Assembly: GCF_000281045.1 (NCBI RefSeq)
Contig: NW_008246070.1
Location: forward strand, 1,384,346 to 1,435,563
DNA length: 51,218 nucleotides
Direction of reading: 5' to 3'
Source of the DNA: Saprolegnia diclina VS20
Lineage: Eukaryota
Below, piece by piece: positions 1-12,327 of this stretch. The stretch's first letter is position 1, and every line of letters starts with the position of its first letter. Under the pieces are notes generated by a model. The model was given only the letters and a program-made list of their open reading frames with translations. It made no database searches and was not told where the DNA came from. Both the position numbers and the translations under genes were made by a program.

Positions 1-428
1 ACTGCATTTTCAGCGCCATGGCTACCGCGGTCGATCCCGCGCCATCAAGCTGAGGACCTCGTCCAGGTCCAACTAACATACAACATTGTACCACCTAGTC
101 ATGCCTCAGCGCGACGAAGGCCTCAGTTTCGTTGTATAGCCAAAACAGGTAACTCACGTAATGTACCCCCTGACATAACCTTGGGCCGTGGGCGTCCCTG
201 ACGTATCGTTAATATCAGGGATGACGCTTGGTTCGACTGCACGCGCACAACAGTCAATGCATAGCAGGCCGTTGTATCACCATTTATCATCACCAACCGA
301 CGACGAGCCACTAGCACATTCTCCAAGGTTTGCGGGCTTAGAAAGCTCGTGTATAAGGCTCAATTCGGAGTCGATAGGGCATAGCTGCCGACGTACATTA
401 TGGAGGTACCATACATCTATAACAGGCT

Positions 429-3400
429 TTACGTTTGCGTCACTACGTGAGCAACGTTGGGGCTGTACGCCGTCGCCTCAGTCGTATCGACAAGCGTGCC
501 CGAAGTCAAATGCACGAGGAGCCCGGGCGTGTTGCGGCGCTCGACAAAGAGCTCGCCGCGAATCTGCTGGACGACATGGCTCGACGTGGACTTGGTCGCA
601 CACACGTTAGTTGGCGTTGCGTCGACCTCGGACATGGTCAAGGACTCGGTCTCGGCAAGAAACTGCTGGCGGAACCGCTCCAGATCGAATGCGACGTCCA
701 GTTTTTGCATGCCTAGCCACGACGGGCGTTGCGGTACGATGCCGATGGCATTCATGTACCTTTGCCATAATGGTCCAAGAGGCGCTCGGCGAGATGCGCT
801 TTGGCGACTGGCGCGTCGTCGCGCGGGGATGCGACGGGCTTGACAACTTCAATGGCAAACCACTTGCCGAGGCGGTGCGATCGGCTAAAGCTTTCGCGAG
901 CCCACCACGCCGTCTGCATCTACGCAATCATGAGAACCTACCAATAGATATGTCGTTGGCGCCACCTGACGCTGGAGCTGCTTGAGTGACGTCGCCGACG
1001 CACAGATCTTGGTCGTGACGCTCTTGGCGACAATCACCGACGCCTCCGAGATCTGCGTTTCAAGCGCGACGGCGACGCGGAAGATACGCCTCTCGCCTCG
1101 GTGGCAGTGACGCTCGGCGGCATTAGCGTCCCACTTCATGACGCACGACACGGTGCGTGCCTCGGGATCAATCTGCGACGGGCTCCGAAAGTCGAGAGCT
1201 TGCCATTGACTGGCGTCGTCCATGGCGCCAGGGGACAGACTCGCATCCTACGTGTCGATCGTCAGACTGGCGCCAACCGGACGGCAAGACCTCGGCGCCG
1301 TATTTGTGAAAGAAGCCGCCGAGCGTGGCCGAGCCCAGAGCAGACGCCGCAGCGTACTCGGTGCGCGGCGCTTTGGTCCGCGTGCGTTCGCTGCAGATGC
1401 GCACGTGGGGAATGCCAAGGAGGCAAAAGTGCTGGTGGTCAGCTTGCACGGCCCGGACAACGATACGGCGCGCCTGGCCTTGCTTGAGCCGCAGCGTCCC
1501 GTCTTCTTTGACCATCACAGGCTCGTAGATGCCGTCGGCACTGCGCTCTTCGACGTCGATCGAGATGAACACGTCGAGTTTGGCCGCGATAGGAACGGTG
1601 CGGCGGCGGCGAGGTTTCGTGAGTGCTTCCGTAGCCGCTTCGTCGGGCATTGCGTCAAGGACCGACTGGTGCAGTCGGGCAATGTACATGGTCTTGTCAG
1701 TGAGCGAAATGGGCACCATGTCGCCCCAGCCCCACACGTCAAGGAGGACGTTGGCCGAGGAAAGTACGTCTTCGAGAGCTTTGCCGTCGGGGCAGTCGAC
1801 TTGAGTCGTGAACGCATGGTCCAGGTTAAAGACACCCGACCCTGTCCGCATCGCTTTCGGCGACGAGCTACGCATTTGTAGAGTTCGTTCCGAGTGTTGC
1901 CAGCAGTGCACGTGTAGTACCTGCTGCCGGGCTGGTTCCACAGCCGATAGGTCGCGTAGACGCCATCCGAAGCCACGACACCCGACACAAACGTAATGGC
2001 TTGGAGGTGGACCTTGATGTCGAGCGTCGTCGTCGCAGCCGTTTTCAAAAGACCGCTCGACACATTGCTTTTGCTGAGTTCATAAAGCAGGTCGATCGCA
2101 ATCGAAGCGACGTGGACGCCGTCCGAGTTGTACACGGCAATCGACCGTGCCATGCCCTTGAGCATCTTGGTGTGCGCGCTCGTGAGGCCTCTCGAGACAC
2201 CGTACCCGAGAAAGACCCGCGCGTGGCCCAAGAGCCGGACGCCGGACGCTGACCGAGGCTCGGCGAACGGATCGGGCTTCTCGATGGCGACCTCCTTCGG
2301 GAGCGGCAGCGCCATCGGCTTGCTTTCAAGCGGCGCCGCCACAAGACCGACAAAGAGGCTTGCGTCGGTGATCGACGTGTCGCCGAGGGCGCGTTGCTCG
2401 AGCAGCTTGGTTCTCGCATCAAACGTGGCGGCATCCCACGTCACCTCGGTGGGCTTGCCATCCGACGTGGTGAGTCGAACGACATTCGCGGTCTCGACGT
2501 CCAAGCGATATGCTAAATTCAGCTCATCGCACAGCTGGTTGACGCGTGCCGCTTGCAGCTGCAGCGTCAGGAGCTCGTCGACAGGCGCTTCGCCCGACTC
2601 TGCTGGCGCTTCGACGTCGTCCTCCTCTTTCTCTTCTTCGTGGGTCTCGTCGACCTCGATACATTCTTCTGGGCCGCTCAAGTCGATCTGGTTGTCCTTC
2701 TCGGGCGAGCGCGGGCTACGCCGAAAGACCGCTTCCAGGGGCACTACGCATGCAGCGTCAGCACATGATATCGCCTGCGCCACGCTGTGTGCGTACCATG
2801 AATGCGGTACTCGTGGGCGCGGCCAAAGTGCACACGATCGCGGTGCTTGAGCGGCGTAAAGCTCGAGATGCGGTCCCCTAGAATGCCCACACTGTGAGCA
2901 ACAGCGTGCAACACAGGGAAGCTACCGTTGACAAAGACGTCGGCCGAGGGGTGCGGCTCGATCGTCAGGAAACCATTGTCGTTGAGCAGCTTGGCGTGTA
3001 GTGGAAGGAGTTGGTTGGCGTCGACTTCCAATTTCAACGGTGAAATCGGCCACGTCGTCGCGTCCTCCGGGCTCTACGCGATAAGATTTATACGTGCAGT
3101 TGGGTTAACTCAGCAATGGACACGTACGCTGCGGCCGAGAAACGCCGGTGCGGCCTCCTGCCACGCCTCGGGCGTCGTTGGTGGCTCGCTCCCGAGCAAC
3201 GTCAATCCAGGAAAGAGCGTGCACGCCAACGGTTCGTTCTCTGCGAGGTCTTCTTGGAGGTTGATCAAGCTCGGGTGTTGGCCTTGCAGCACGATCTTTT
3301 GCGTATCATGGAGGGACTTTTGGAGCTGCAACAACATGCCTTCGCGCTCGGCAAGCGACGCAAAGAGGCCCGCACTCGCCTCGGAGCTGCGGCGACGCGG

Positions 3401-4884
3401 CAGCTTCTCGAGCTGCGCACGAAGGTCTGCAATCTCTTGCCGGAGCTGGCGAATAATCGCCGCGTTCTTGTCTTCGTTGACAACGACACGGTTGATGATC
3501 TTCTTGGCCGACTCGGCGTACCGTAACGTGCTCAGCGTCTCTTCGTAGTTGTCGGAGGACGGGCTCACCATCGCTAGCATCGTCGTCTGCGTTGTGGTGC
3601 ATGAGCTTGGCTATAGTGTCACATAGCGACGCACCTTGGCGTTGCCACCAAGAGACTCTTTCAAAAGCCACGTGAGCGTGCTGTCGCGGTACGGAATGCG
3701 CTCGTTCGAGCTCAGAGACGAAATGACGCGCCCGAGCGTCGAGAGACTGCGGTTGATCATCGATGCTTCTTTCAATCGCTCCCCGGACGTCCCGGACGTG
3801 TCGCTGCGCTCGGAGCCCGCCAAGTCCACGAGGCAGATCTTGGATGTCTACAGCCAGCGATTAGAAAACCCCATTTCAAGCAAAACAGCAACCTTGTCGT
3901 GACCACAGAGCGTGATCGGGTCCACCCGCGTCTACAGCGGCAGCGATTGAGTTCGACTACACATTTATGGGCAACGTACTTGGGTAAACAGGATCGTAAA
4001 GATCGCATGCGACCGCGATGACGTCGGGTTCATGAGCGTCGCGGCCACAGTGCGCAGCTTCTGGCCCACGAGCAGTTCGTCTTGGATCTACGAGGAAGCA
4101 TGAGCAACAACAGTTCTCACGAGTCGACTGCGCAAACCTCGGCGTACGAGCCCACCGAGCGTATCGTGAGGCCTTCAACAAACGGACCGTGCACCGGGTG
4201 CTCGCGGATCTTGAGCGGTCGGGCGTCCGATTCCGCGTACGAGGTCGGTGACGTCGGCTGCGAGCGAGCACGAGTGTCGTCCAAGAGGTCCTTGACCTTT
4301 TCTTTGTAAATCTCGCAATAGTTGACCTGCCAGAGATCGCGTTGTCGTCGTTGCATGCTGCCACGCGTCGTACCTGGACCGAGTAGATGGTCTTTTCGGT
4401 CGTGTTGTTCTCCGCCTCTTTCGTGCGTCGCGCTTCGATCTGCTCAAAGAGCGCTTCGCAAATGCGCGGGATCAAGCCTTTGCCGTGCTCCGACTTGTCG
4501 CCGACCATGGTGTACGTCTTGCCACTGCCCGTCTACAGGACCCATGCAGTCACGCCACGACGAGCCACGTGTATGTACCTGGCCATAGGCGAAGACGCTG
4601 CAATTGAAGCCGTTGAACGCATTCTCAATGAGATCCATGCCCACCTCGCGAAAGATGGCGGCTTGGACAGCCTCCTTCTCGGGCGCGTCGCCAAAGCACC
4701 GGTCAAACTGGAACACGCGCGGCGGCAGCAGCTCGGCGAGCGGGTTGTCGTGGCGGCCGGCGCGCAGCTGGACAGAGCTGCCCTTGAGCGCCACGACGGG
4801 GCTCTGGCCGCTCGCCCGCTCCTTCTCGCTCATCGGGCGCACGCGGACCACGACGCGGGTCGCGCAGGTCGACGACGCCTCCAT
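429..4884 (-). CDS. Kinesin-3 family motor (KIF1/KIF13-like): motor domain, coiled coil, FHA, DUF3694-like C-terminal region; multi-exon
   Basis: VVVRVRP start; P-loop [13 protein letters not shown] split by the 46-nt intron 4533-4578; [61 protein letters not shown]-like VFVNG...[10 protein letters not shown] near 2800-2950; [14 protein letters not shown]...[11 protein letters not shown] resembles DUF3694. 3' exons and the stop at 429 are less certain. Confidence 0.9.
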
Positions 4885-5162
4885 CCTCGTTGGCAACAGA
4901 TGGGTTTTATGCCATCATCATTATTTTTCTTTAATATTTTTATTATTTTTCGCTATTTTCGCACTCTGGGACGGTTTACAAACACCAAGTAAGCGCGAAA
5001 CGGCTGGCGCGTCAAGGGCTTTCAATATGCATTATCACAGGGTATTAGTGTCTACAAATTCTCACAGTCTGGTAAATGATTTTTGAACCAGTTAGAAATA
5101 TTGAGTGTGGAAGGGGATGACTTGGCACGGTGGTATCGACATCGTATAGCAGTTGCAGGCCT

Positions 5163-7319
5163 ATGGACGGGGACGCGCCACCCAGCGCGCAGGCGACCGA
5201 GACGCCCCCACTGAAGAAGCGTGCGCCCAAAAAAACAGCCGTGGCAAAACCCAAGGCAAAGGAGCCCAAGGCAGCAGCAGCCGATAGCCTACGTGCAGCG
5301 ACAGCCGACGCGCCACGCACCCCCAACGAAGGCGAGACCGTCATCCTGGATCCACTGCATGCGTCGGCCGAGCCCAAACCAGTGGCTTCGTCCGAGAGCC
5401 CCGCCAAGAAGAAAAGGAAAAAGGCAGCAAAGAGCGTCAAGGCAGGGAAACCCGTGCCGTTGACGCCAGCGGCGGCGGAGGCCAAGTCGGTCGACCCTGC
5501 GGCGTCGTCAAGCGTTGAATCCCTCGCGTCCGAGAACCCAAGCTCCGAAAAAGCAGCAGACAGTGTTCCGTTGCCATCCACGACCGAACTTGCAACCAGA
5601 ACCAGCCCAGACGAGTCGCTGCCCGACGTCGTCGCCGGTGTAAAGGCTCCTGTACCCAATCCCTCTGTGTCGGAGGGGCTCCCTGCGTCGGACGCAGCAG
5701 AGGCAAGCGATGACGTGGCGCTCGCACCAGACACCATTCCTAACATGGTCTCGAGTGGCGATCTCGAACTGCCGCGTGGCGAGCCTGAGCCTGAGGTGAA
5801 GGGGCCCTCGGATAGCACTCCGCTGTTACCCACCGAGTCACCGATTATCGATACACCGGCCGACATCGCCGCCACAGAGCACAGTAGTGTTCTACCGACC
5901 CACCAGCGACCACGTCGATTGCAGCCGCGACCGACCAGTGACGGTACGTGTTCATACCAACACTGTCGTCGGTTGAACGGCAACTCCAGCGAAAAAGTTA
6001 CATTCTGCATCGACCCCGCTTCACATTGCAGTGTCCGACATTGAGAATGACGCAACACCAATGCCAATGCCTCGGCCAGGCCCGTACCTCGCCGTCGATC
6101 TCCTGGACGGCAGCGCACGCGTGCTCGAAAGCAGCGGCCCCGTGCGCATCTTTGTCGAAGGACTGACCACTGGCATGTTTCTCCCACTTCGACGTTCCCA
6201 CGGGCACCGCTTCGAGGCCAACGACGATCTGGTAGACGCTGATCCTTTCTCAATGCATGTTGATTGGACTCGATTAGGCCCGGCTTTTACCCCGTGATGA
6301 CAACGACGACGAGACGAACGACAAACACGAGAGTGCCGATCCCCATGCGCTCTTCGAGACGGCAGTTGCGAATTTGAAGGCGGCGGAGCAGATCATTTAT
6401 GTACTTGTGCAAGGGCTCCTTGGCGGTGCAGGTCTCTGGTACGTTGTGAGCGCCCACGATGTTGCTGCCATATGCGCACTTGGCACGACCGTCAACGAAG
6501 CCCGGCGCCTCTTCTTCGTCGCCTCCAGATATCCTTTGGACGAGATGGGCTCTACTTTATATGACTCGTTTGTGAAGGGTGCCTTGACAGTCCACTCTAC
6601 TGTGAGCTTGATCGGGGCGATGCAGAAAGGGTCTGCCTTCTTGGCCGAGGCGCCGCGCTTCTCGTGGAGCTGGCGTGTGCTTTTGGTCCGTACTTGCGCA
6701 TTTGTTTTGGTTACAAACGCTGGGTGTAGCTTGGCGGTATCCTCGTCTGCTACAGCCTCGCGATGGCACTCGTCGTGGCAGCATCACCTCTTATCGCGCA
6801 AGTCTCCGTCGCGGTGAATGCGACCTGGTAGGACGCTAGTGTTCTGATTGGCTCTGGGACAAATATGACATAGGTGCTCCAGGGGCGCCGACGTGAGCTT
6901 GCATGGACGACTCGTGGCCTGGAAGGATATTGCAATGGCGTATGTGGCGTGTATTCTCTCTGCGTGGCTCTTTACTTGCCTGGTACAAATCGTGCCACCT
7001 CCACCAACGCGGTACAAGCTATGGTAGGAGTTTGCAGTTGCCAGGGTGCATGAGCGCCGGAGGCTCGAGCGGGCGCATGTACTGCAGCTCCAAGCCAAAG
7101 AGGCCACGTATGCACCCAAAATGGGTTTCATTGTCGAACGTAGTGCGTAGCATTCAGGAGCTCACGGGCGGCAACATGGACGGACTCTCGGACCTGGAAC
7201 TTGCTCGTCTCCTTGGTCTTCATCGAGTCGACTTGCCTGCACCATTCATCAGCAAACTCATCATTTGATAGACCCAAATCGAAAACATCCAACAAATGCT
7301 TGCCATCCGAGCGTCGTAG
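5163..7319 (+). CDS. Membrane protein with long low-complexity N-terminus, probable TMEM237-like ciliary transition-zone protein; multi-exon
   Basis: Splicing GT-AG introns joins ORFs 5130-6044, 6031-6297, 6374-6817 and 6903-7268. PVRIFVE, VQGLLGGAGL, VSLIGAMQK, CYSLAMALV and RILQW occur in the order of the TMEM237 motifs as I recall them (PVGKVFVE, HGFLAG, STISAFDR, YFTALIL, ILQPW). Confidence 0.55.
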
Positions 7320-7559
7320 CCGCTTCCAACGTACACTGCTTAAATGGTTAACTCGCCTTCTTGTCAACGAAGATGATGCTTTCATTTGCGACTGAGACCC
7401 TCTGCAGATAGCGGCAAGTTATACGTTTAGCCCCAAACACCGCTGTCTGTGCTACGATGGGGGCCGTTGAATCAACCATAGATGCGGCCTTGCGGATGCG
7501 ATGCCAGACATATTAAGACGTTGCTTTTCGCTATATTGAATGTCACTGCGCATGTATCT

Positions 7560-9533
7560 CTATTCGTCTCCACTCTCGTCGTCGTCGGCATGATCGTCGA
7601 GCGACAAGAGGTACTGCACGACGTTGCCGTAGCCGTACTCGTCGGCTTGCTCAAGCGCGGCTTCGGTGAAGCCTTCGCTGCGGTTCTCGACGAGCCACAT
7701 GCACGTCGCGAGGTACCCGTTGCCGGCGGCGCGGTCAATCGCATGGTGCGTACACCCTAATTCGACGGCATTTGCCACACTCTCTGACATTGCATAGCCG
7801 TACCTTCGCTGCGATGCGCGTGCAGGAACTGAACCACTTCCAAGTGGCCGTTGCGCGCGGCCTTGTCCATGGCGTTGGTTGTACAGCCTTCGATGCGATT
7901 CCAGTGCAGCCACTCCACGACCTAGTATCAACTTGATACACTGCCCACTTCAAAAGAAGCGATCGTACCTCGAGATGGCCGTTTTCAGCGGCACCGTCCA
8001 TGGCGTGGGTCGTGCAGCCCTCGTGCCGCTGTTCGTGGAGCCATTGAACGACCTCCAAATGACCTTTCATCGCCGCCGAGTCCATCGCTTCCGTCGTACA
8101 GCCTTCCGGTCGGTTTTCATGCAGCCAGCGCACCACGGCCAAATGGCCTTGCTCTGCCGCCGCGTCCATTGCATACGTCGTGCACGGCGCGCCCATGTGA
8201 AAGTGGAGCCAGTGGACCACGTCCAAGTGTCCGTTGGCCGCTGCCTTGTCGGTGGCCTCGGTCGAGCACCCTTCGGTCCGGTGCGTATGTAGAAACTGCA
8301 CCACATCCAAGTGGCCATTCTCCGCCGCACCGTCAATCGCGAGCGTTGTGCAGCCTTCGGCGCGCTCAAAGTGCAAAAATTGGACAACGTCCAAGTGACC
8401 GCGACGCGCGGCGTGGTCCATGGCGTCGGAGCTGCAGCCTTCGCGACGGTGCCTTTGGAGGTACTCGACGAGCTAGATACGAATCAAAGATAAGATAGGA
8501 GGACGAGACGCGTGGGCTGCGTTACCTCGAGACGACCCGCCTCGGCGGCCAAGTCCATCGCCCACGTCGTGCAGCCCTCGGAGCGGTGGGCCTCGAGCCA
8601 CTGGAAGACGTCAAAATGACCGTTGCCGATGGCCTTATCCATGGCGTACGTCGTGCACGGATACCCCATCTCGGACAGCCACACGACCACGTCCAGGTGG
8701 CCGTGGGACGCGGCGAGGTCGAGCGGCCGCAGCTCCAAGTCGGACTCGAGCACGTCGTTTTCAAGGTGGGAGCGGTCAAACGACTCTTCGTCAATGAATT
8801 CGAGGTCGGGGATTTGCGGCATGTCAGTGACAAAGGCATCGTCAAAGGGCTCGTACTCTTCGTCGCCGCCAAAGAGGTCGTCGAGCACCTTGGTCTTCTC
8901 GGAGGCGGCGGCAGACGCGGCGGCAGACGCGAGGCGCAACTTGTTCTCGGGTGCGTGCATATGAAGCCATTGCACGACAGGAAGGTGGCCGTACTCGGCG
9001 GCCCAGTTCATTGCCATGTCGGTCCACCCGTTCTCCGTGTGTTGATGGAGGTACTCGAGCATGGCCAACTGCCCGTGGCGCGCCGCACTATCCATCGCAT
9101 GGATCGTGCAGCCTTCACTTCGGTTCGCGAGGAGCCACGCGACCGTCTCTAGGTGACCACCGGACGCGGCGTTGTCGATGGCACTCGGACTGCAGCCCTC
9201 GTCGCGCTGTTCATGGAGCCACTGGACGATCTCGAGGCGACCGTGGTTGGCGGCCCAGTCCATCGCGCGGTACGTACAGCCGCGGTCGTGGTTGTTGTGA
9301 AGCCACTTGAGCAGCTCCATGTGACCATTGCACGCAGCCCAATCCATCGCATTCGTCGTGCACGCGAGCTCGAGCCCTTCCTGCATGCGCGTCTGGAGGA
9401 TGTAGAGATGGCCGTTGTACGCCGCGTGGTCGGCGCTGCGCCAGTGCTTGAAGGCGAGGCCGTCGTTGAAGGCGTTGATGAGCAGGTACAGCCCGTGGTC
9501 CAAGAGCACATCCAAGACACGGCTCGTCGACAT
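7560..9533 (-). CDS. Ankyrin-like repeat protein (28-aa repeat AMDxAAxxGHLxVVxWLHxxRxEGCT); multi-exon
   Basis: Many tandem [17 protein letters not shown]...EGCTT units across ORFs 8484-9533, 7735-8421 and 7560-7931; acidic C-terminus [12 protein letters not shown]. Confidence 0.92.
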
Positions 9534-9928
9534 CCTTGCGCAGAGGTTGTTTGTTGATGAGGTTGGCTGGCCATGACACGACCTTCATTCTCGAATTCGA
9601 CTCTTCCACTTTTGATAGTATACAATATGCAATGTGAGAGGTCATCGGTCTTGTGCTGAAATCCGGAGTGATCCAAGCAGTCGGGGTTTTGGTCACTTGG
9701 CCCTTGTGCGCCTCGTCCCATATATTCTGTATTCCCAGCACGCACACCGCATAAGATAGCTCGGGACAATCAAGATCTTAGTCCCTCCGGTCAGTACCAT
9801 GGTAGCCCTAGCCACGGCGGACGTCAAGTTATGGATGGCACTTCACACTGATGCCAATACATGTAATATTGCTTGCCGTTCAACGGAGGACGTATTGTAC
9901 AAATGCGATACATATGCAATGTGATTTG

Positions 9929-10531
9929 TTAATATTTCGAGCGAATATACAAGCGTCGAAACACGCGGTAGCTTGGCTTTGGGGCTTGCTTGGGCTCGAG
10001 CGGCACGTCGCTAAGATGTTCCTCTTGGTTGCTCGAGGACGTCATCTCGGCTTCCTCGTTCTGGCTCAACCACGCAAGGAATTCATCGTTCGGAGCCGAT
10101 GGGAGTGGTTTGATCGACGCTCGGCGCGTGTTGAGCCACGTCATGTAGCTTTCAATGTACTGCAAGACGTCATCGCTGGTCTCGGGTGTCATCGCTGGGT
10201 CTTCGACGCTCTTCCGGTCGTCGCTTGCTTCCTTGACAGGCACGACGCAGTGGTCGTGGATGGAACGTGGGGCCAATTCCAGAACGTCTTCCTCCTGATT
10301 CCCGGCCAGCGTATCTTCCGAGTCGTCGATCTCGTCCACAACAATCGAATCGGACGAGCGACCGACGCCATTGCTTTGGAGCAGCGATACACGGGCAACA
10401 CAGTGGTCGGGGGTCTCGGCGGCATTGGCCGCGTGGCGCGCGCTCAAGACCCAAGCGACGGCTGCGGCGATAGCCCACCGAAAATACGACAGCACCGCAG
10501 CGATATACCGCGCAACGGACGACGTGTTCAT
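9929..10531 (-). CDS. Hypothetical protein with N-terminal hydrophobic segment and acidic low-complexity body
   Basis: Open frame from ATG 10531 (MNTSSVARYIAAVLSYFRWAIAAAVAWVL), coding-like codon usage, no recognisable domain. Confidence 0.6.
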   Translation of the reverse strand: MNTSSVARYIAAVLSYFRWAIAAAVAWVLSARHAANAAETPDHCVARVSLLQSNGVGRSSDSIVVDEIDDSEDTLAGNQEEDVLELAPRSIHDHCVVPVKEASDDRKSVEDPAMTPETSDDVLQYIESYMTWLNTRRASIKPLPSAPNDEFLAWLSQNEEAEMTSSSNQEEHLSDVPLEPKQAPKPSYRVFRRLYIRSKY

Positions 10532-11175
10532 GTAGCGAGATGATGACAAGTATCTTCTCCGTCGACCATGACGTGGCAAACGCTATAAAATTAGCACCGT
10601 CCTACCGGTTAACATCGGCCAATGGCGTCGTCAACTGCCCACGGTTGGTGCAGCGTCTTGATTGCGTGCCAACGCCATGGTCAACGCCAAGCCGCTACTA
10701 CCGCTTGAGCACCGCCTGGTTCGCAACGACGCTCCATCAGCAGCTCCATTCGCACATACTGTTTCCGTGCTCACGTATATTAGGAAAACTCGCCCATGCA
10801 ACCACTAGACAGGCAGGCTTGTACACCGAGTAGAATGAGATACTTGGGGCCCGATCCCATCGAACAACGTCGGCAGGTTCTGCTCTGCAGGTTCTTGTTC
10901 TGCCTGACGCTGCCAGTCGTTGGCCTCAACAGTGCTGTCGGAGATTGCCCTTGCCCTTTTGGTCAAGGCAGCGCGCATTACAAACGTTGTCCCTGGCGTC
11001 GACGAACGTTCCTTGGTGCCGTGTGAATCGGCAAAGTCCTGTTTTCGGTCCTAGTGTAGCCAAAAGTGCCTGGAATAGCGTCCAAAGTCGGCCACCAGAC
11101 TGAAGCGCATAACCAGGTGGCACATTCGATGCGTTCGAATTGGCAAGACACGGTTCGCGCGCAATGCGGCAGAGG

Positions 11176-11193
11176 TCTCACTTTACAACTGCC
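11176..11193 (+). promoter_or_regulatory. Oomycete INR/FPR-like core promoter element
   Basis: TCTCACTTTACAACTGCC directly before ATG 11194 fits the YCAYTYY initiator followed by an FPR-like segment. Confidence 0.55.
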
Positions 11194-12327
11194 ATGGTGT
11201 CCCGCACGCTGCCGACGATCGCTGCGGCCCTCGCCGCCACCACGGTCATTGTCGACGGCTACGCCAAGTTTGCGGCGCTTCTGCCCAACGGCGACAAAGT
11301 GCCGGGTGTCGCCGCGATTGGCCACACCAACGTCAAAGGCGGTGGCGCCAACAACCAGTTCGGTCTCGACTTTAGCTCGGGTGGGAGCACGTGGTCGCCA
11401 GTGCTGTGCCAATTGGATTCCGATGGCGACGGCGCCACGAATGGCGAAGAGCTCGGGGACCCGTGCTGCAAGTGGACGCAAGGCTCGACGCCCCACTCGA
11501 GTTCGGCCACGTCGCCAGGTCATAAAAACACATTCTCCTCGGCGCAGCTAGCGGCGCTCAAGTGCCCGACCTCGCCGACGTCTGCGCCATCACCCAACCC
11601 ATCGCCGTACCCCTCGCCTGTGCCATCGCCTAACCCGTCGCCGGCTCCGTCCCCGACACCGTCTCCCAAGCCGTCTCCGGCTCCTTCGCCCAAACCATCG
11701 CCCAGCAGCAACCCCACGGAAGACCCCTCTGAGGACCCCACGGAAGACCCCTCAGAGGACCCCTCTGATGACCCAACCGATGAGCCGTCCCCAAGCCCGT
11801 CGTCCCACCCCACACCTCGCCCGTCGAATGGAAGCATTCCGACGAGCCCGCCCAACACGGACTGCGTCAAGATCAGTGTGATGGGCGATGCAACCTACTG
11901 CATCCCAGGCCCGATTTGTGTCGGCGCGCACGACTACCCTGCGGGTAAGAACTGCCCCAAGAAGGGCGACGTGGCTGGCCAAGACTGCGTCGGCGGCATT
12001 CCGAGCTACTCGAACGGCCAGTGCATCTTGACGGTCGATGCCGTGTGCGAGCAAATGAAGGACGGTGTGTGGGGGTGCATGCTCCCGGGGGGCGTGCCAA
12101 CGGCGTCGCCAAGCAACTCGTCCACAACAGTCAAGATGGCGGTTGCCGCATCGACGGATCTGTCGCCGGGTGATTACACCGGTTACTTTATCGCTGGCGG
12201 GACTGTCGCTGCGGTTGCGGCCGTCGCCTTGGCCGTGCTCATTGTCAAAAAGGTCCGCAAGCAAAACAGCTTCAAGGACGGGTGCCCGATGGAGATCCAG
12301 CACAACGCCGAGACGCCAGTGCTCTAG
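11194..12327 (+). CDS. Type I membrane protein: signal peptide, temptin-like domain, Pro/Ser-rich stalk, oomycete Cys-rich domain, TM helix
   Basis: Signal MVSRTLPTIAAALAATTVIVDG; PNG...GH...GGGANNQFGLDF...W...LCQLDSDGDGATNGEELGDPCCKW; (PSPx)n and (P[T/S]ED)n; SVMGDATYCIPGPIC...CPKKGDVA...WGC; TM YFIAGGTVAAVAAVALAVLIV followed by KKVRK. Intronless. Confidence 0.88.
   Translation: MVSRTLPTIAAALAATTVIVDGYAKFAALLPNGDKVPGVAAIGHTNVKGGGANNQFGLDFSSGGSTWSPVLCQLDSDGDGATNGEELGDPCCKWTQGSTPHSSSATSPGHKNTFSSAQLAALKCPTSPTSAPSPNPSPYPSPVPSPNPSPAPSPTPSPKPSPAPSPKPSPSSNPTEDPSEDPTEDPSEDPSDDPTDEPSPSPSSHPTPRPSNGSIPTSPPNTDCVKISVMGDATYCIPGPICVGAHDYPAGKNCPKKGDVAGQDCVGGIPSYSNGQCILTVDAVCEQMKDGVWGCMLPGGVPTASPSNSSTTVKMAVAASTDLSPGDYTGYFIAGGTVAAVAAVALAVLIVKKVRKQNSFKDGCPMEIQHNAETPVL
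11587..11784 (+). repeat. Coding 12-nt-period tandem repeats: PSPx array followed by PTED/PSED array
   Basis: PSPNPSPYPSPVPSPNPSPAPSPTPSPKPSPAPSPKPSP, then two near-identical 24-nt units CCCACGGAAGACCCCTC(T/A)GAGGAC. Confidence 0.85.

Noticed and set aside
1..428. Short ORFs at the window start
   Set aside because: No domain signal or coding bias; treated as intergenic or 3' flank of the kinesin.
7560..9533. Regularly spaced nucleotide repeats as a possible CRISPR-like array
   Set aside because: They are degenerate coding ankyrin-like repeats with no constant repeat/unique spacer structure.
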